From Eledone cirrhosa (taxonomy: Eukaryota), in the NCBI GenBank assembly GCA_964016885.1, contig OZ024745.1:28892001-28956000 (forward strand): a stretch of DNA of 64,000 nucleotides, read 5' to 3'. This document shows positions 39,656-52,711 of the stretch, piece by piece. Position 1 is the stretch's first letter, and the number at the start of each line of letters is the position of its first letter. The position numbers were made by a program, and so were the translations under genes. The notes under the pieces are model-generated. The model was not told where the DNA came from, did not search any database, and worked only from the letters and a program-made list of their open reading frames with translations.

Positions 39656-40394
39656 AGTATCGTTTATAAAAAGGGGTGCGTAGCATTACAGTATAATACT
39701 CTTAAATACGAACTACCAAATTTATCCAACTTCATCATCAGCCACCCGCTGCAATGCAATTTGCGGTTTTTTCATTCGTTCTACGTATCTATTTTTTACT
39801 TACTTTGCTAATATATACTTCGTTTTTTAACTTGTTTTGCAAGATTTCTTATCTGAAAACGTGTGTTGAACAGATATTGTTATACTTTAGGAGGGTCCTA
39901 TACGTAGGTGTATGTGTGGTTATATGAACAAAGTCACAGGCGGAAAAAAGATGTGTGTGTGTGTGTGGATAACCTACTACTAGTTATGACTAGTCCCCAC
40001 TTAAGAGAAGTAGAGTGTAAATATTATTGGATAGAATGCCAACGGTGAAGCTTAAACCGTTTTGATGACGAAATGGAAATTTTTTGCCTTTGAAACGTTT
40101 TCAGCTTGACTCGACCCCTCCCCTCTCGGTACATTGCGGTAGAAATATATAACGGGCGAAAGATGACAAATAAAACAAAATAAAGTGATGTTTTACTCAG
40201 TATATTTCAACGAAAATATTTCAGGACTCAGACCCCCTTTTCAAATATAAAATCGAAAACGGTTCAAAACAAAACGTAGGATCGATGTATTCTTCCCAAA
40301 CTGGTCTATTTTAGACACTTAGACCAGTTAGGCAAGAACACATCGATCGTAATAACCCTGGAATATTTATGATGAAATATACTGCGTAAAACGT

Positions 40395-40718
40395 TACTTT
40401 GTACAAAATCAGTAAACAGCACAGTTCCCATGACTTTCGGAAACATTTTTTCACGCTCAGAGTTGCTGAAGCATGGAACAAACTACCTGCATCAGTTGTT
40501 AGCTGTCGAGACACTGCATCCTTTAAGGCCTCCATGCTTCCCGAGATTCGCCAACACTACACCTAATGTTCCCCCTCCATACACATACACACATGTATAT
40601 CATGACTCATACACTATTCCCTTGCCTGACATTTGTGTATTATTCTATGTACTATACATGCACCTTTCACGAGTTGTAGTGCACCTGAGCACTTTACACA
40701 GTAATTTCATTATTAGAT
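40395..40718 (+). mobile_element. CR1-clade LINE 3' end
   Basis: RKHFFTLRVAEAWNKLPASVVSCRDTASFK, followed by the 3'UTR and a cattatta tail. Confidence 0.8.
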
Positions 40719-40817
40719 TTGTCATCCTTTGCTCTTTATATACTTCTACCACACTGTACTGACTTTGAAACTTTATCACTCATTTATTACTTTATTACAG
40801 TCATTCATATTAACTAT

Positions 40818-41301
<484 letters not shown>

Positions 41302-41341
41302 ATATGCATTTATTTATTTGTGTGTGTGCATAACCAAGTAG

Positions 41342-41504
41342 ATGAGTACGGAGTCGCTGAAATCCCCACACCCATCACACAGAAGAGCTAGTAATGCCAG
41401 CTATGGCAACTTCAACAGGAAGGTAAGCTACCAATCTGGTACAACTAGCGGCCATGAAGGTGAAAACGACAATGACTACCAGATCTATAAGTTCCTGTTG
41501 ATAG
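41342..41504 (+). CDS. RAB27: Rab27-like small GTPase, coding exon 1 (MSTESLK...[13 protein letters not shown])
   Basis: ATG at 41342, then 54 open codons +1 nt ending in the beta1 motif YKFLLIG. Strong donor G|GTGAGT at 41505, and phase 1 fits exon 2. An AG just before the ATG means further upstream exons are possible. Confidence 0.8.
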
Positions 41505-42059
41505 GTGAGTAGACTGTGTTGCTTCATTCTTCATTTATATACATTGTCAACATAGATTTCTAGAAAACAGCTTAAGAAACCTTTATCTAAAATTCCTAAA
41601 TAATTCTCTGGAGACTTCTGGAGACTTCTGGAGACTTGTGGTGTCTTTGGTTCTAGGACCATCGGCACGGAGCTGGCTAACCGCAGGAGTGTGCTTCGAG
41701 AGCTAGAATCACTCTTCCAACGCATCTCCCTCGCCACCCTCCGGAGAAACTTTTCTCTATTCTGTCCGCCGGGGCCGCGGGGCAGACAGCGTATGGGCTC
41801 CTGTTTGCTTATAAGTATGAGATGAGGAGAGCAAGAGAGTCGGAGTCAGTGACTATGCCAGCATTCCTTATTTAATTATCTAAATATTTCTACCATTAGA
41901 TTCCGAAAACCATCCATAATCCAGGAAAAGAAAATGAATAACAAGAAACTTAACTAATGTTGAAGACATATTTTTAAAAGCTGGCTGAGCCCATCTTTAA
42001 GTTGGGACATATCTGACGTTTCCCCAGAGAGCGAGAGATAGATAAATAGATAGTTAGAA

Positions 42060-42136
<77 letters not shown>

Positions 42137-42237
42137 CAGGAGGGTATGTATAATGTATATATAACTAACATAGGAATATATATAATGTCTATATAAAACT
42201 ACCTTCATGGTATATATATTGTATAGATAACCTTCAG

Positions 42238-42327
<90 letters not shown>

Positions 42328-42969
42328 ATGTGTATACTGTTCATGTTTGTCATATGTATATATAAGTATATATATATATATATATAATTTGTTTCACTGT
42401 CACTCTCTTTTTCTCTCTGTCTGTCCTTCTCTTTCTCCACCTATTTACTTTTAACCTCTTCTACCACATTAGCAAGACATTCATGAAATGTACAAAACAA
42501 CACTGTAACTGCATCACATTAAAAATTAAAGTCCTAATATCGACCATTTCCGCAAAGATTTGTCCATTAGTAAAGATAATAAACATCTCAATTAATAAAT
42601 TGCATGAAACCACACTAGCAAGACATTCTTTACTGCAACACACTAAATATCAAAGACTTTACTGTAATACTGAAAATGTTCACCGCAATCTGTCCACTAG
42701 CAACGATACTATAAACATTTGAATTAAATCCATTTTGAAATACATCCTGCTAAACTCTTATTGGATGTTAAATTTGAAATTTGAAATTTTGGAATCGAAA
42801 TGTAGAAGATAATTGTAAAAAACAGTCGATAGCTATAAATAGTAATAGCTTTAGAAAATCATGTAAAATACCTTTAGAGGCGGGAAGAAGTTTACAGCAG
42901 CCACTACAGATATTTTACCTGAGTTTCTATTATCATTTATCACGATCGAGTTAAAAATACAACAACCAC

Positions 42970-43410
42970 TCTAGTGTTGGTGACCTACAGAATACATGCA
43001 CCCAGTATATGCTGTAAAGTGGTTGGTAATATGAAGGGCATCCAGCCGTAGAGAGCTTTCCAAACAAAGGGTTGGGAGGATTCTTTAGTTATGTCAATGA
43101 CATGACAGCCTCCTTAGTGTTAGTGATCTACATAAAACAGCCAGTACACAATGTAAAACTGTAAATTGGTTGGTGTTAGGAAGGGCATCCAGCCGTAGAA
43201 AGTTTACCAAACAAGGGGTTAGGAGAACCCTTCAGTTTGTGCCAAGAGACATGACAACTTTTCCTCTACACTCGATATGACCATACGTAAATGAGATACA
43301 GATCCTTCTGCCAGTCTGGGAGGTCAGTATCTCTGCTTCAGTACTGACTTGGTCTATATAGACTTGTCTAACCCATGCTAACAGGGAAAGTGAACGTTAA
43401 ATGAGGATGC
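42970..43410 (+). mobile_element. SINE with duplicated core (same family as 1745-2130)
   Basis: Two gaagggcatccagccgtaga units and a cccatgcta...ttaaatga tail. Confidence 0.75.
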
Positions 43411-43579
43411 TGAGTGTTGTTATTGATATCTTCTACGTTTCAATTCCAAAATTTCAAATTTCAAATCAAATCATCGAAATACTTCGATAAATAATAGATT
43501 TGTTTATTTCAGCATGTTAAATGTTTAGAAATCGTTCAAAAATTTTGTGGAGTAAAATGTATTTTATTTTTGTCCGAAG

Positions 43580-43686
43580 GAGATGCTTCAGTGGGAAAGT
43601 CCAGTTTCCTCAACCAATACATAGACGGCAGGTCACCATCGTCATTAATACCAACTGTTGGGGTCGACTTTAAGAACAAGAAACTG
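43580..43686 (+). CDS. RAB27: Rab27-like GTPase exon 2 (P-loop GDASVGKS, switch I PTVGVDF)
   Basis: T-rich acceptor ...gtccgaAG. Encodes GDASVGKSSFLNQYIDGRSPSSLIPTVGVDFKNKKL. Donor GTCAGT, phase 0. Confidence 0.92.
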
Positions 43687-43810
43687 GTCAGTACTGCTGG
43701 ACTGCCGCAGCAGGGTAGAGAGGAGACAAGTTTTGTATTCCTTTACTCTCTATATATACGTCTACCTATCTATCTACCTGTTTGTTTGCTTGTCAGTCTC
43801 TCTCTCTCTC

Positions 43811-43922
<112 letters not shown>

Positions 43923-44111
43923 TATATATATGTGAGTGTGTGTGTCCACGCTGTAAATGTGGTTGGCATTAGGAAGGGCATCCAGCCATAGAAACCAAGC
44001 CAGAAACAGTTTTGTATGAGCAAGACTTGGTCATCTGATCTGACTAGTCTCATAAGTGAACAACCTGTCTAACCCATGCTAACATGGAAAATAGATATTA
44101 AATAATGATGA

Positions 44112-44178
<67 letters not shown>

Positions 44179-44180
<2 letters not shown>

Positions 44181-44373
44181 AAAATGTATGACCCCGACGG
44201 CAGAGCTCAAGCCGTTTCGACGGCTATTTCTGGACTCCAGAAATACCCGTCGAAACGGCTTGAGCTCTGCCGTCGGGGTGAAACATTTTCCTATTACCCA
44301 CTCTACTACCCTCTAAGTATTGAGTACTCTGGTGCGTTATGGTCCATCAGGTTCCTTACCACAACTCTTTCGT

Positions 44374-44375
<2 letters not shown>
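44179..44375. mobile_element. Fold-back element (113-bp near-perfect hairpin + tail) in (TA)n
   Basis: ggaaaatgt..accccgacggcagagctcaagccgtttcgacgg / ccgtcgaaacggcttgagctctgccgtcggggt..acattttcc. Confidence 0.85.
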
Positions 44376-44410
<35 letters not shown>

Positions 44411-44705
44411 CGATCATTATACCAAAAAGCAGACAGTATTATTGATTTAGGTGTTTTAGAAACCCAAATTCGGAGTAGTCCATCTTCTCCGAGGGTCCGG
44501 GTAGCTATTTCAATCATATCTTATTTTGTTTGACCCGTTTAGCTCTGGTGGTTAATGGCTTCTTAACCATCGTCTCAGCGTGTATGACCTTTTTAACTTA
44601 TGTTTATAGCTCTGGTATCTTCTTCATATCCATGGAGCGCTTGTCTGCACATTACGGAAGTTGCGTTTCGCTAATTTCTACCCGCCGAAATGCGATTCTC
44701 GCTAA

Positions 44706-44795
<90 letters not shown>

Positions 44796-44972
44796 CCCTC
44801 TCTCCTCTCACTGGAGGAAGTTAACTGTGTTCCGATCTGGAGAAGGATGAGTTCTGCCAGGTTTAAAATTTCTATGTCAAGCAATATGACACAAAGGTGT
44901 CCCTACAACTCTATCAAGAGTTAAGGCCCCTTGCAGTAGTGTATCCACCCAGAAATTCTTTAGCTGCATAAA

Positions 44973-45159
44973 TAATTGTTTCTACTTTTGGCGCAAGGCC
45001 AGCAATTATCCCAGTGTATTACAGGTACTTTATTTTATCGACCCCGTAAGGATGAAAGGCAAAGTTAACCTCGGCGAGATTTGAACTCAGACCATAAAGG
45101 GCCGTAACTCTTTGCTACAAAGCATGGCGTCCGATCCTCTACCGATACTGCCAATCCAC
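44973..45159 (-). mobile_element. tRNA-derived SINE
   Basis: Full-length match to 11410-11592 in reverse orientation. Confidence 0.82.
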
Positions 45160-45269
45160 TGAGTACATTGAGTACACTGAGTACATTGTGGATTGGCAGT
45201 ATCGGTAGAGGATCGGACATTGTACATTGATGTGATTTGATATACTAGAATCATATTCCTCCATCTAGA

Positions 45270-45750
45270 ACATCACCACCATAATCATCACTGCCACCAT
45301 CACCACCATAATCATCACTGCCACCATCACCACCATAATCATCACTGCCACCATCACCACCATAATCATCACTGCCACCATCACCACCATAATCATCACT
45401 GACACCATCACCACCATAATCATCACTGCCACCATCACCACCATAATCATCACTGACACCATCCACCACCACCATACCACTACAACCACTACCACCACCA
45501 CCACCACTACCCCCACCACCACCACCACAACTACCACCACCATCACCACCACCGTACCACTACAACTACCACCACTGCCACCACGATCACCACCACCACT
45601 ACAACTACCACCACTTCCACCACCACCATCACCATCACCGCCACCATGCCACTACAACTACCACCACTGCCACCACCATTACCACCACCACTACAACTAC
45701 CACCACCACCACACCCTTCCACCATATCAACATACCACTACAACCACCGT
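45270..45750. repeat. 27-bp tandem repeat (catcaccaccataatcatcactgccac x7) grading into (CAC)n
   Basis: Seen directly in the sequence. Confidence 0.9.
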
Positions 45751-45772
45751 GTATTCTGTTGTATATTTTCAG

Positions 45773-45867
45773 TCCTATAAATATTCCTTCTCCAATACAA
45801 AAGGGTCAGTAGCTGTAGCCTACCACAAGGTGTGTGTCCAGTTGTGGGATACAGCTGGTATGGAAAG
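45773..45867 (+). CDS. RAB27: Rab27-like GTPase exon 3 (beta2-beta3 insert + WDTAGME)
   Basis: Acceptor tattttcAG. Encodes SYKYSFSNTKGSVAVAYHKVCVQLWDTAGME(R), including the beta2/beta3 insert typical of Rab27. Donor AG|GTAGGT, phase 2. Confidence 0.92.
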
Positions 45868-45896
45868 GTAGGTGGCTAATTGCCATTATATAGATG

Positions 45897-45954
<58 letters not shown>

Positions 45955-46047
45955 AAGGTTAAACAAGGTTCAATGAATAAATCAAAGAATGACTACCATG
46001 ACTGAATCTTAACCATCTTCTATGTCAGGGTATGTCATACCACATCT

Positions 46048-46114
46048 TATTTTATCTGATGAGGACGTACTGTTGAAGTTAGCTCAGTACCTCTGAAATA
46101 TGTATAATAAAATA
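46048..46114 (+). ncRNA. Minimal type-I hammerhead ribozyme in Rab intron 3
   Basis: Stem I TATTTTAT/ATAAAATA, core CTGATGA, stem II GGA-C-GTACTG/CAGTAC-C-TCT, GAAA, short stem III ATATGTAT. Predicted AUA cleavage after 46106. Confidence 0.75.
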
Positions 46115-46153
46115 TACTTGATCACAAGAATATCTATTTTGTTAATATTTTGA

Positions 46154-46200
<47 letters not shown>

Positions 46201-46324
46201 AAAACAGATGATGTGGAAGGGTTAACGTTCTATACAAGACAAAGGTTATAGTTAAAAAGTGAAAGTAAAAATGTAGAGAATTATATTTAAAGATTATTTT
46301 TTCTTTATATATATATATATTCGG

Positions 46325-46662
46325 AAAATAAGAAAAAAAGTAGAAATACTAATAGGATTTTCTCATAGAATAACAGCAAAACATTTTTTAAAAAACAATT
46401 TATAATACCGGTTTCAGCCGATAAATATTTCCACTTCTTCATGCTACAGGAAATATGGTAAAAAGTATATAATGTTTTCTTTATTAACCACAAGGGTTTA
46501 CATAAAGTAGACATTAAGGACAATACAGGACGGTACAAATGGGCATTTCTGCGTGTAAAAAAAAACAGAGGATGAAAACAGAATAAAATGAAGGTGTATA
46601 TTAATTAGAAGAGGATATTAGAGAACATACTTTACATATATATAAAAATTCACATTTTCGTT

Positions 46663-46716
<54 letters not shown>

Positions 46717-46771
46717 TCTCTCTCCCTCTCTCTCTCCCTCTCCTTCTCTCTCTCTCCCTCTCTCTCTCCCT

Positions 46772-46847
<76 letters not shown>

Positions 46848-47105
46848 CGGTTTGGTGGTAGTAGCAGCTAAAATAGAAGTTGGCTAGTCCCCTGTTACTG
46901 CCAGACAGTAAACTCTGTTCCCTAATATCCTCTTCTAATTAATATACACCTTCATTTTATTATATACTTTTTATTATATTTCCTGTAGCACGAAGAAGTA
47001 GAAATATTTATCGGCTGAAACCGGTATTATAAATTATTTTAAAAAAAACCTCTTGCTGTTATTGTATGAGAAAATCCTGTTAGTGTTTTATACTTTTTTT
47101 ATTTT
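46325..47105. mobile_element. Family B fold-back element with nested inner arms and a (CT)n loop
   Basis: 46325-46473 is inverted against 46958-47105, and 46585-46627 against 46915-46958. Confidence 0.8.
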
Positions 47106-47162
47106 CCTAATATATATCAACTCATGTCTCACTTCTCAACATTCTAAATATAATATATATAT

Positions 47163-47225
<63 letters not shown>

Positions 47226-47457
47226 TAATGATAAAGGGGACGAGGTGTTAGATCTTCATTACATTTATTGAGGTGAAACGCGATTGATCAGCTCAAGGCT
47301 CGATCTTTATCGATCTGGTCCGACTTTGGAATCAAAAGCTCGTCGGACTTCTGTTATGGTAATGACAGAATGATTCCCTTACGGTTTTGAAAAAGTATAT
47401 AACAATTCTCATTCATTTATGGTGGCCAGTTTTACTTCATTTTGATTGGTGGTTTTG

Positions 47458-47529
<72 letters not shown>

Positions 47530-47602
47530 GGTGTGGGATGCTTAAAGCGTCCGTAAGCTGTAGGCCGTTTGAGCATTCGATGCTCTTACAGAGCAGAGTA
47601 TG

Positions 47603-47787
47603 ATATCCCATAGGAAACGGAGAATCAGTGTTGCGACGAATAAAATTTATTAGACATATTACAATCGTTTCTCTGGCGACCAGCTCGAGGCACGATCGAT
47701 GTGCCTCGAGCTGGTCGCCAGAGAAACGATTGTAATATGTCTAATAAATTTTATTCGTCGCAACACTGATTCTCCGTTTCTTATGTG

Positions 47788-47791
<4 letters not shown>
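47603..47791. mobile_element. Near-perfect ~190-bp palindrome in a TA-flanked element (47528-47791)
   Basis: ~90-bp arms with 2 mismatches around the loop gatcgat (47694-47700). Confidence 0.9.
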
Positions 47792-47818
<27 letters not shown>

Positions 47819-47943
47819 GCAAGTAGATGACCAGTTAGAATGTTGTAATAGGTAGATCTCGAAGTATCCCGAGGTAAGCAGCCAACTTCCTGAAGCACAG
47901 ATTACGTCTGGTGGCTCAGGTGAAGTATATGCAGTGAAAAACA

Positions 47944-48170
47944 TGAATGCATAATGGGTTTTTACAGCAATTTATTCGGAGATTTTCCATTACAAATGTT
48001 TCGACGGGTTTGGTGATTATGCAGAGCGTTGGTTGCATAGTATGAATGAAACTCTTAAAATGCAATCTCTTCTCTCTCAATATCAGCTCCTCTAGTCGTC
48101 AAACCCGTTGAAACATTTGTAATGGAAAATTTTCGAATAAATTGTTGTAAAACCCCATTTTGCATACATA
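47944..48170. repeat. Inverted repeat, ~65-bp arms
   Basis: aatgggtttttacagcaatttattcg...gtttcgacgggttt / aaacccgttgaaac...ttgtaaaaccccatt. Confidence 0.8.
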
Positions 48171-48260
48171 TTCTTCACTATATATACATATCATCATCAT
48201 CAACATCGTCATCATCATTTTACGTCCGAATGTGTAGTTTACTTGAAGCATTGTATATGG

Positions 48261-48487
48261 TATAAAGAATTCAAAGTTTGAAAGCCACGACAATGCGGAT
48301 TGGACGGAAAATAATCAAGGCGTAAGAAACAGGGGTTGTGTTTCTACCTTAAGTTATTCACATGTCCTGATATTTCGAGATTAATATCTCTTCTTCCGAA
48401 GAAAATAAACAACCCTTGTTTCTTACGACTTGATTATTTACCGTCCAATCCGCATTGTCGTGGCTTTCAAACTTCGAATTCTTTATA
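48261..48487. repeat. Inverted repeat, ~80-bp arms
   Basis: tataaagaattcaaagtttgaaagccacgacaatgcggattggacgg... / ...ccgtccaatccgcattgtcgtggctttcaaacttcgaattctttata. Confidence 0.85.
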
Positions 48488-48664
48488 TATGATCAACACA
48501 ATAAAAGCGCCCAGTACACGCTGTAAAGTGGTTGGTGTTAGGAAGGGTATCCAGCCTTCGAAAGCTTGCCAAATAAGGGGTTAGGAGGATCCTTCAGTTT
48601 GTGTCAAAAGACATCACAACTTCTCGCTCTCTCTCTATATATATATATATATCATCATTATCAT

Positions 48665-48852
48665 CGTGGTGGATTGGCAGTATCGCTAGAGGGTCGGACG
48701 CCATGCTTTCCAGCATAGTTACGTCCCTTTGCGGTCTGAGTTCAAATCCGACCGAGGTTAACTTTGCCTTTCATCCTTACGGGGTCGATAAAATAAAGTA
48801 CCAGTAATGCACTGGGTAATTGATGGCCTTGTGCCAAAAGTAGAAACAATTA
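48665..48852 (+). mobile_element. tRNA-derived SINE
   Basis: Matches 11410-11592. Confidence 0.82.
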
Positions 48853-49067
48853 TCATCGTTTAGCATACAGATTGTCACGTTACGAGACTAGTCAGGTGTC
48901 AGGTGATTATGTCTTGCTTGATTTCAACGGCTGGGTGCACTTCCTAATCCCAATCGCATTTATAGCGTGGACTGGGTGTTAATTTTGTCATGTTGCCATA
49001 TATATATGTATACATATAACCTATAAAAATGTCCACAGATAATTATCTTAGCTTCCTTTTCAATCAG

Positions 49068-49295
49068 GTTTCGATCCCTGACCACCTCCTACTTCAGGGA
49101 CGCGAAAGGATTTTTCCTCGTGATTGATCTAACCAATGAAAATACTTTCGCAAATATTTTCGCTTGGTTACGGAAAATCGAAGAATTTGCTCCCAGATCC
49201 GGCTATGATGTGGTCTTAGTCGGAAACAAATTAGATCTTGTGGACTGTCGCAAAATCAGTTCACAGGCAATACAGAATTTTGCCCGCACTCGCAG
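49068..49295 (+). CDS. RAB27: Rab27-like GTPase exon 4 (RFRSLTTSYFRDAKG ... GNKLD)
   Basis: Acceptor ttttcaatcAG. Contains RabF motifs RFRSLT/YFRDA and G4 NKLD. Donor AG|GTTTGT. 228 nt, phases 2/2. Confidence 0.94.
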
Positions 49296-49517
49296 GTTTG
49301 TTACAAACACCCTTCTTCTTCTTCTTCTTCTTCTTCTTCTTCTTCTTCTTCTTCTTCTTCTTCTTCTTCTTCTTCTTCTTCTTCTTCTTCTTCTTCTTCT
49401 TCTTCTTCTTCTTCTTCTTCTTCTTCCCAAGGACGTAATGGTCTTTTTGTGTCCTTGAGTTTGAAACTTCTGGTCTAGACGTCTCTAAGATATCTTTGTC
49501 CACTTCTCTGTTGACAG

Positions 49518-49725
49518 GCTGCCATATGTTGAGACTAGTGCCAAGACTGGGATCAACATCGAAGAAGCTATCGACATGATGCTACACTTAGCAATATTCA
49601 GACATCAATTAGAACTCGAGAGAACACACTGTAGAGACGAATCATTCCACGTAAAACTGAACAACATTTCTCGCCAGTGTACATGCAGCAACTGCGCCTA
49701 CAGTAGATGCAACCACAAAGTGTAA
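49518..49725 (+). CDS. RAB27: Rab27-like GTPase exon 5 (G5 ETSAK, C-terminus ...RQCTCSNCAYSRCNHKV*)
   Basis: Acceptor ctgttgacAG. Encodes LPYVETSAKTGINIEEA..., with TAA at 49723-49725. The spliced CDS is 801 nt with no internal stop. Confidence 0.92.
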
Positions 49726-49890
49726 AAGCAAAGTGCCATATCAAAATACAGTATAAAAGTCCAGCTTCAGTGTGCTGTAGAAAGGTCTGAACGAGGTTTA
49801 ACGAAAAGTCTTTTGCGAGTTCAACAGAAAATTCTTTATAGCTGAAAGGCAGATAACTCCGGATTAATGTTTCCCCGTTTAGTTTAGTGG

Positions 49891-49896
49891 AATAAA
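49891..49896 (+). promoter_or_regulatory. Candidate polyadenylation signal of the Rab gene
   Basis: AATAAA about 165 nt after the stop codon. Confidence 0.45.
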
Positions 49897-49909
49897 ATGG
49901 ATATGTGAC

Positions 49910-52000
49910 CTAAAGATACATTGGGTGTATAGAGAAGGAGAGCCGGGTGAGAGTTGGAGAAGGTAAGTATTGTGTGTAGTATGAGCGGGTGAATGTCCTA
50001 TTGTTAATGAATATATCAAAGTACTTATAATGGTGACATTTTAAGAGAAGAGAAGATGATAAAATAGTACTAGTTTGAGAGACTATGGACATATAGGATA
50101 AATTTTTAATGTAGGTTTTGTATTTATAACAGTGTAGACTGTATGTCAGGGAGCTGATGTGTCCACGAAGAGTACAAGTATTGTTTTAGAAGCGCACAGA
50201 CCCTGAAAGCCTTAATTTTGAGTTGAGGCATTCATTTGAAGATTTTATTTCCTGGAGTATTCTGTACTTTTTTCGCTAGTACAAAGTACTCATTTCTTTG
50301 ATCCATTGTTGCTTGGACTGATCTTGTCTAGAATTTTTCATTTTATTACACGGAGAATACCTTTGTCCTTCAATTACCAATTTTACACTGGTCATGACTG
50401 TTTCCATTTCAAGGTATCTGAAAGACGAGACATGTTAGTAAAACCTTTGTTTAAAATTGTCTTGCACATATACATATCTTTTCCTGTACACTGCTTTGGC
50501 TGATGTTCTTAGGTCAGCCTCACAGATTATGGACTCAATATTACAATACTGTGGCAGAGGGCATTCGACTTTTATCCCCTAATAACAGTCTAGTTCTTCC
50601 CTATGTGTGCTTATTGCTGCTATCATTTACTTCATGGAAGGGCCGTATGAATAACTGATCATGACGGAGTGCCTGCTAAAGATCTTACTATATCTGTGCC
50701 GAGAATGGAAATGTCTATTTATTAGTTCTTGCCATTTCTTACCTACGTTAATGTTTTACATTTAAGGAGTATGGTGGCTTCATACAGATAATTTTCCTGT
50801 ACCTACTTCTTGATCTATTCTGAGAAGAGGTGTTTAGTGTATACTGAACCTTATCTTTGAAGCTTTCTACGAAGGTGCTATTGTAACAAGAGGGTGACTT
50901 ATCAAATATTTCCATAAGAATGATACATTGGAAATCCTGTGGCTAATGTTAGGGACTAGATTATTAAATACTATGCGGAGTGGTGGTAGCAGGAAGCTAT
51001 GTTAATGCATTTATGCATTTCATTAAGCTTATAGAAAATAGCTACTGTGATCTTTAGTCTTAAGGTTGGGAAGATAGCTATTACATTTTGACGGAACTTA
51101 TCTAGTGTGTGGCCATCACAATTGTGTAATAAAGCCAGGCTATCGTTTCGGTATATACCAACTACATGGTTGGGAATTGATTCTTTAGTATATCAAGAAT
51201 ATATAATCCTACCAGGTCACACACATCAGTACTGTCATATGACACCATCGAGACATTAAAAGAATCTTCTGGTTCAGATTTCTTAAACATCAGATTCGAT
51301 GTTAAAAAAGAGGGTTTTGCTGGCGTGCATAATGACGTCTAATTTCTGAACACTAATATTTCTACATCTACGGGTGAACTGTAAAACACTAACTAATGGT
51401 GGCCTAGAAATTGAGGAGCAAATGTCCACCATGTCAAACTGTGAATTTAGCTCTAGTCCCACAGAGGATTTCTCTGCACCAAATTTTAACAGAAGTTGTG
51501 TTGTTCTATTATAAGAGAATCATATGTTTCCTAATATGTACATTAATATCTCTTAAATAAATACAAAGAAAGATTTAAACAAAATAATAAAGAAATATAA
51601 TAAGATAAAGATATATTTTCTTACTGGCTAGTCCTAATTCAGTTCTGGCAGATTTCAGTAATCTACAGCTGAGTCTGGTTTGTGAAATCAGCCCTGTGAT
51701 CTTTCAGTGTGACGAAAGCTTCAATTTTTAATTTTCTACCAATACACATTATTATAAAAATCTGGTCTAGTTTTATTATACTTATTTGTAAAATAACTTA
51801 GAATTAATTGATTGTATCTATCATTATCTATCTTATACAGGTTCTTAATCTTATCGAAGAAAACAAAAACATTAATAGAGGATGAAAAAGGTATTATATT
51901 GTTAGAAAGCTTATTTTGAAATGGTTTCTGGTATTTACGGAATTTAATATCGGATAGCATCTTTCGGTGTCTTGCTTTCCTGACCACTACTATTCGCAAT
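49910..52000 (-). mobile_element. Heavily decayed Penelope-like element
   Basis: Remnants DKIKNLYKIDN, SMVSYDSTDVCDLVG and GIYRNDSLAL parallel the 59042-61757 ORF. Confidence 0.7.
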
Positions 52001-52588
52001 TAAAAAAATGAAAAGCAACATCAATCGTCATCTTCTTTCTCCTTGAATTATGTTCTCCCAGTCTTGTTCTTTTCTCAGTAACCTCTTGTATTTTAGTCGC
52101 TTTATTATCTTGCTTTGTGGAAGCAAATAAAAAAATAAAAAAATTCTAAGAAGTCGGCTTCTAAAGGTCGGAAATCTTTAACCCTAAGCTGGTACTCACG
52201 GGATTTACAGTTAAAGTGTTCAGTGGTGGTACTTTCTCTATCGAACGGCTATGCTCTCACTTTTCTACTATGTATTTATATAGGTATAAATGCATGCATG
52301 CATGTATGTATGCATGTATGCATGTATACCCAGTTGTCTCCCTTTTATATTATATTTCTAGGGCTCTCCCTTAGCTCTTATAGGCTTCAAAGACTGCATT
52401 CCCACACCCACCGCCATCAATAACAGATCATCATTGTTACTATAACGTAAACCAAGGAAAATTGTGAATTGAATCTACTCCGCAAGGAACTGAGGTGTGC
52501 AGTGTACCAATATATCAATAAAATATACAAAAGTCCTAAAGGTTCTATTCCTTTGTTTTCTTGACAAGAATTGCCATAAACACACGCG

Positions 52589-52711
<123 letters not shown>

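Noticed and set aside
43687-43714. Alternative exon 2 donor at cagg|GTAGAG
   Set aside because: The GTCAGT donor at 43687 gives the correct phase and the Rab27-like alignment without extra residues.
45251-45475. GGDGGSDDY-repeat ORF resembling a structural protein
   Set aside because: An intronic 27-bp tandem repeat antisense to the Rab gene, with no supporting exons or signal peptide.
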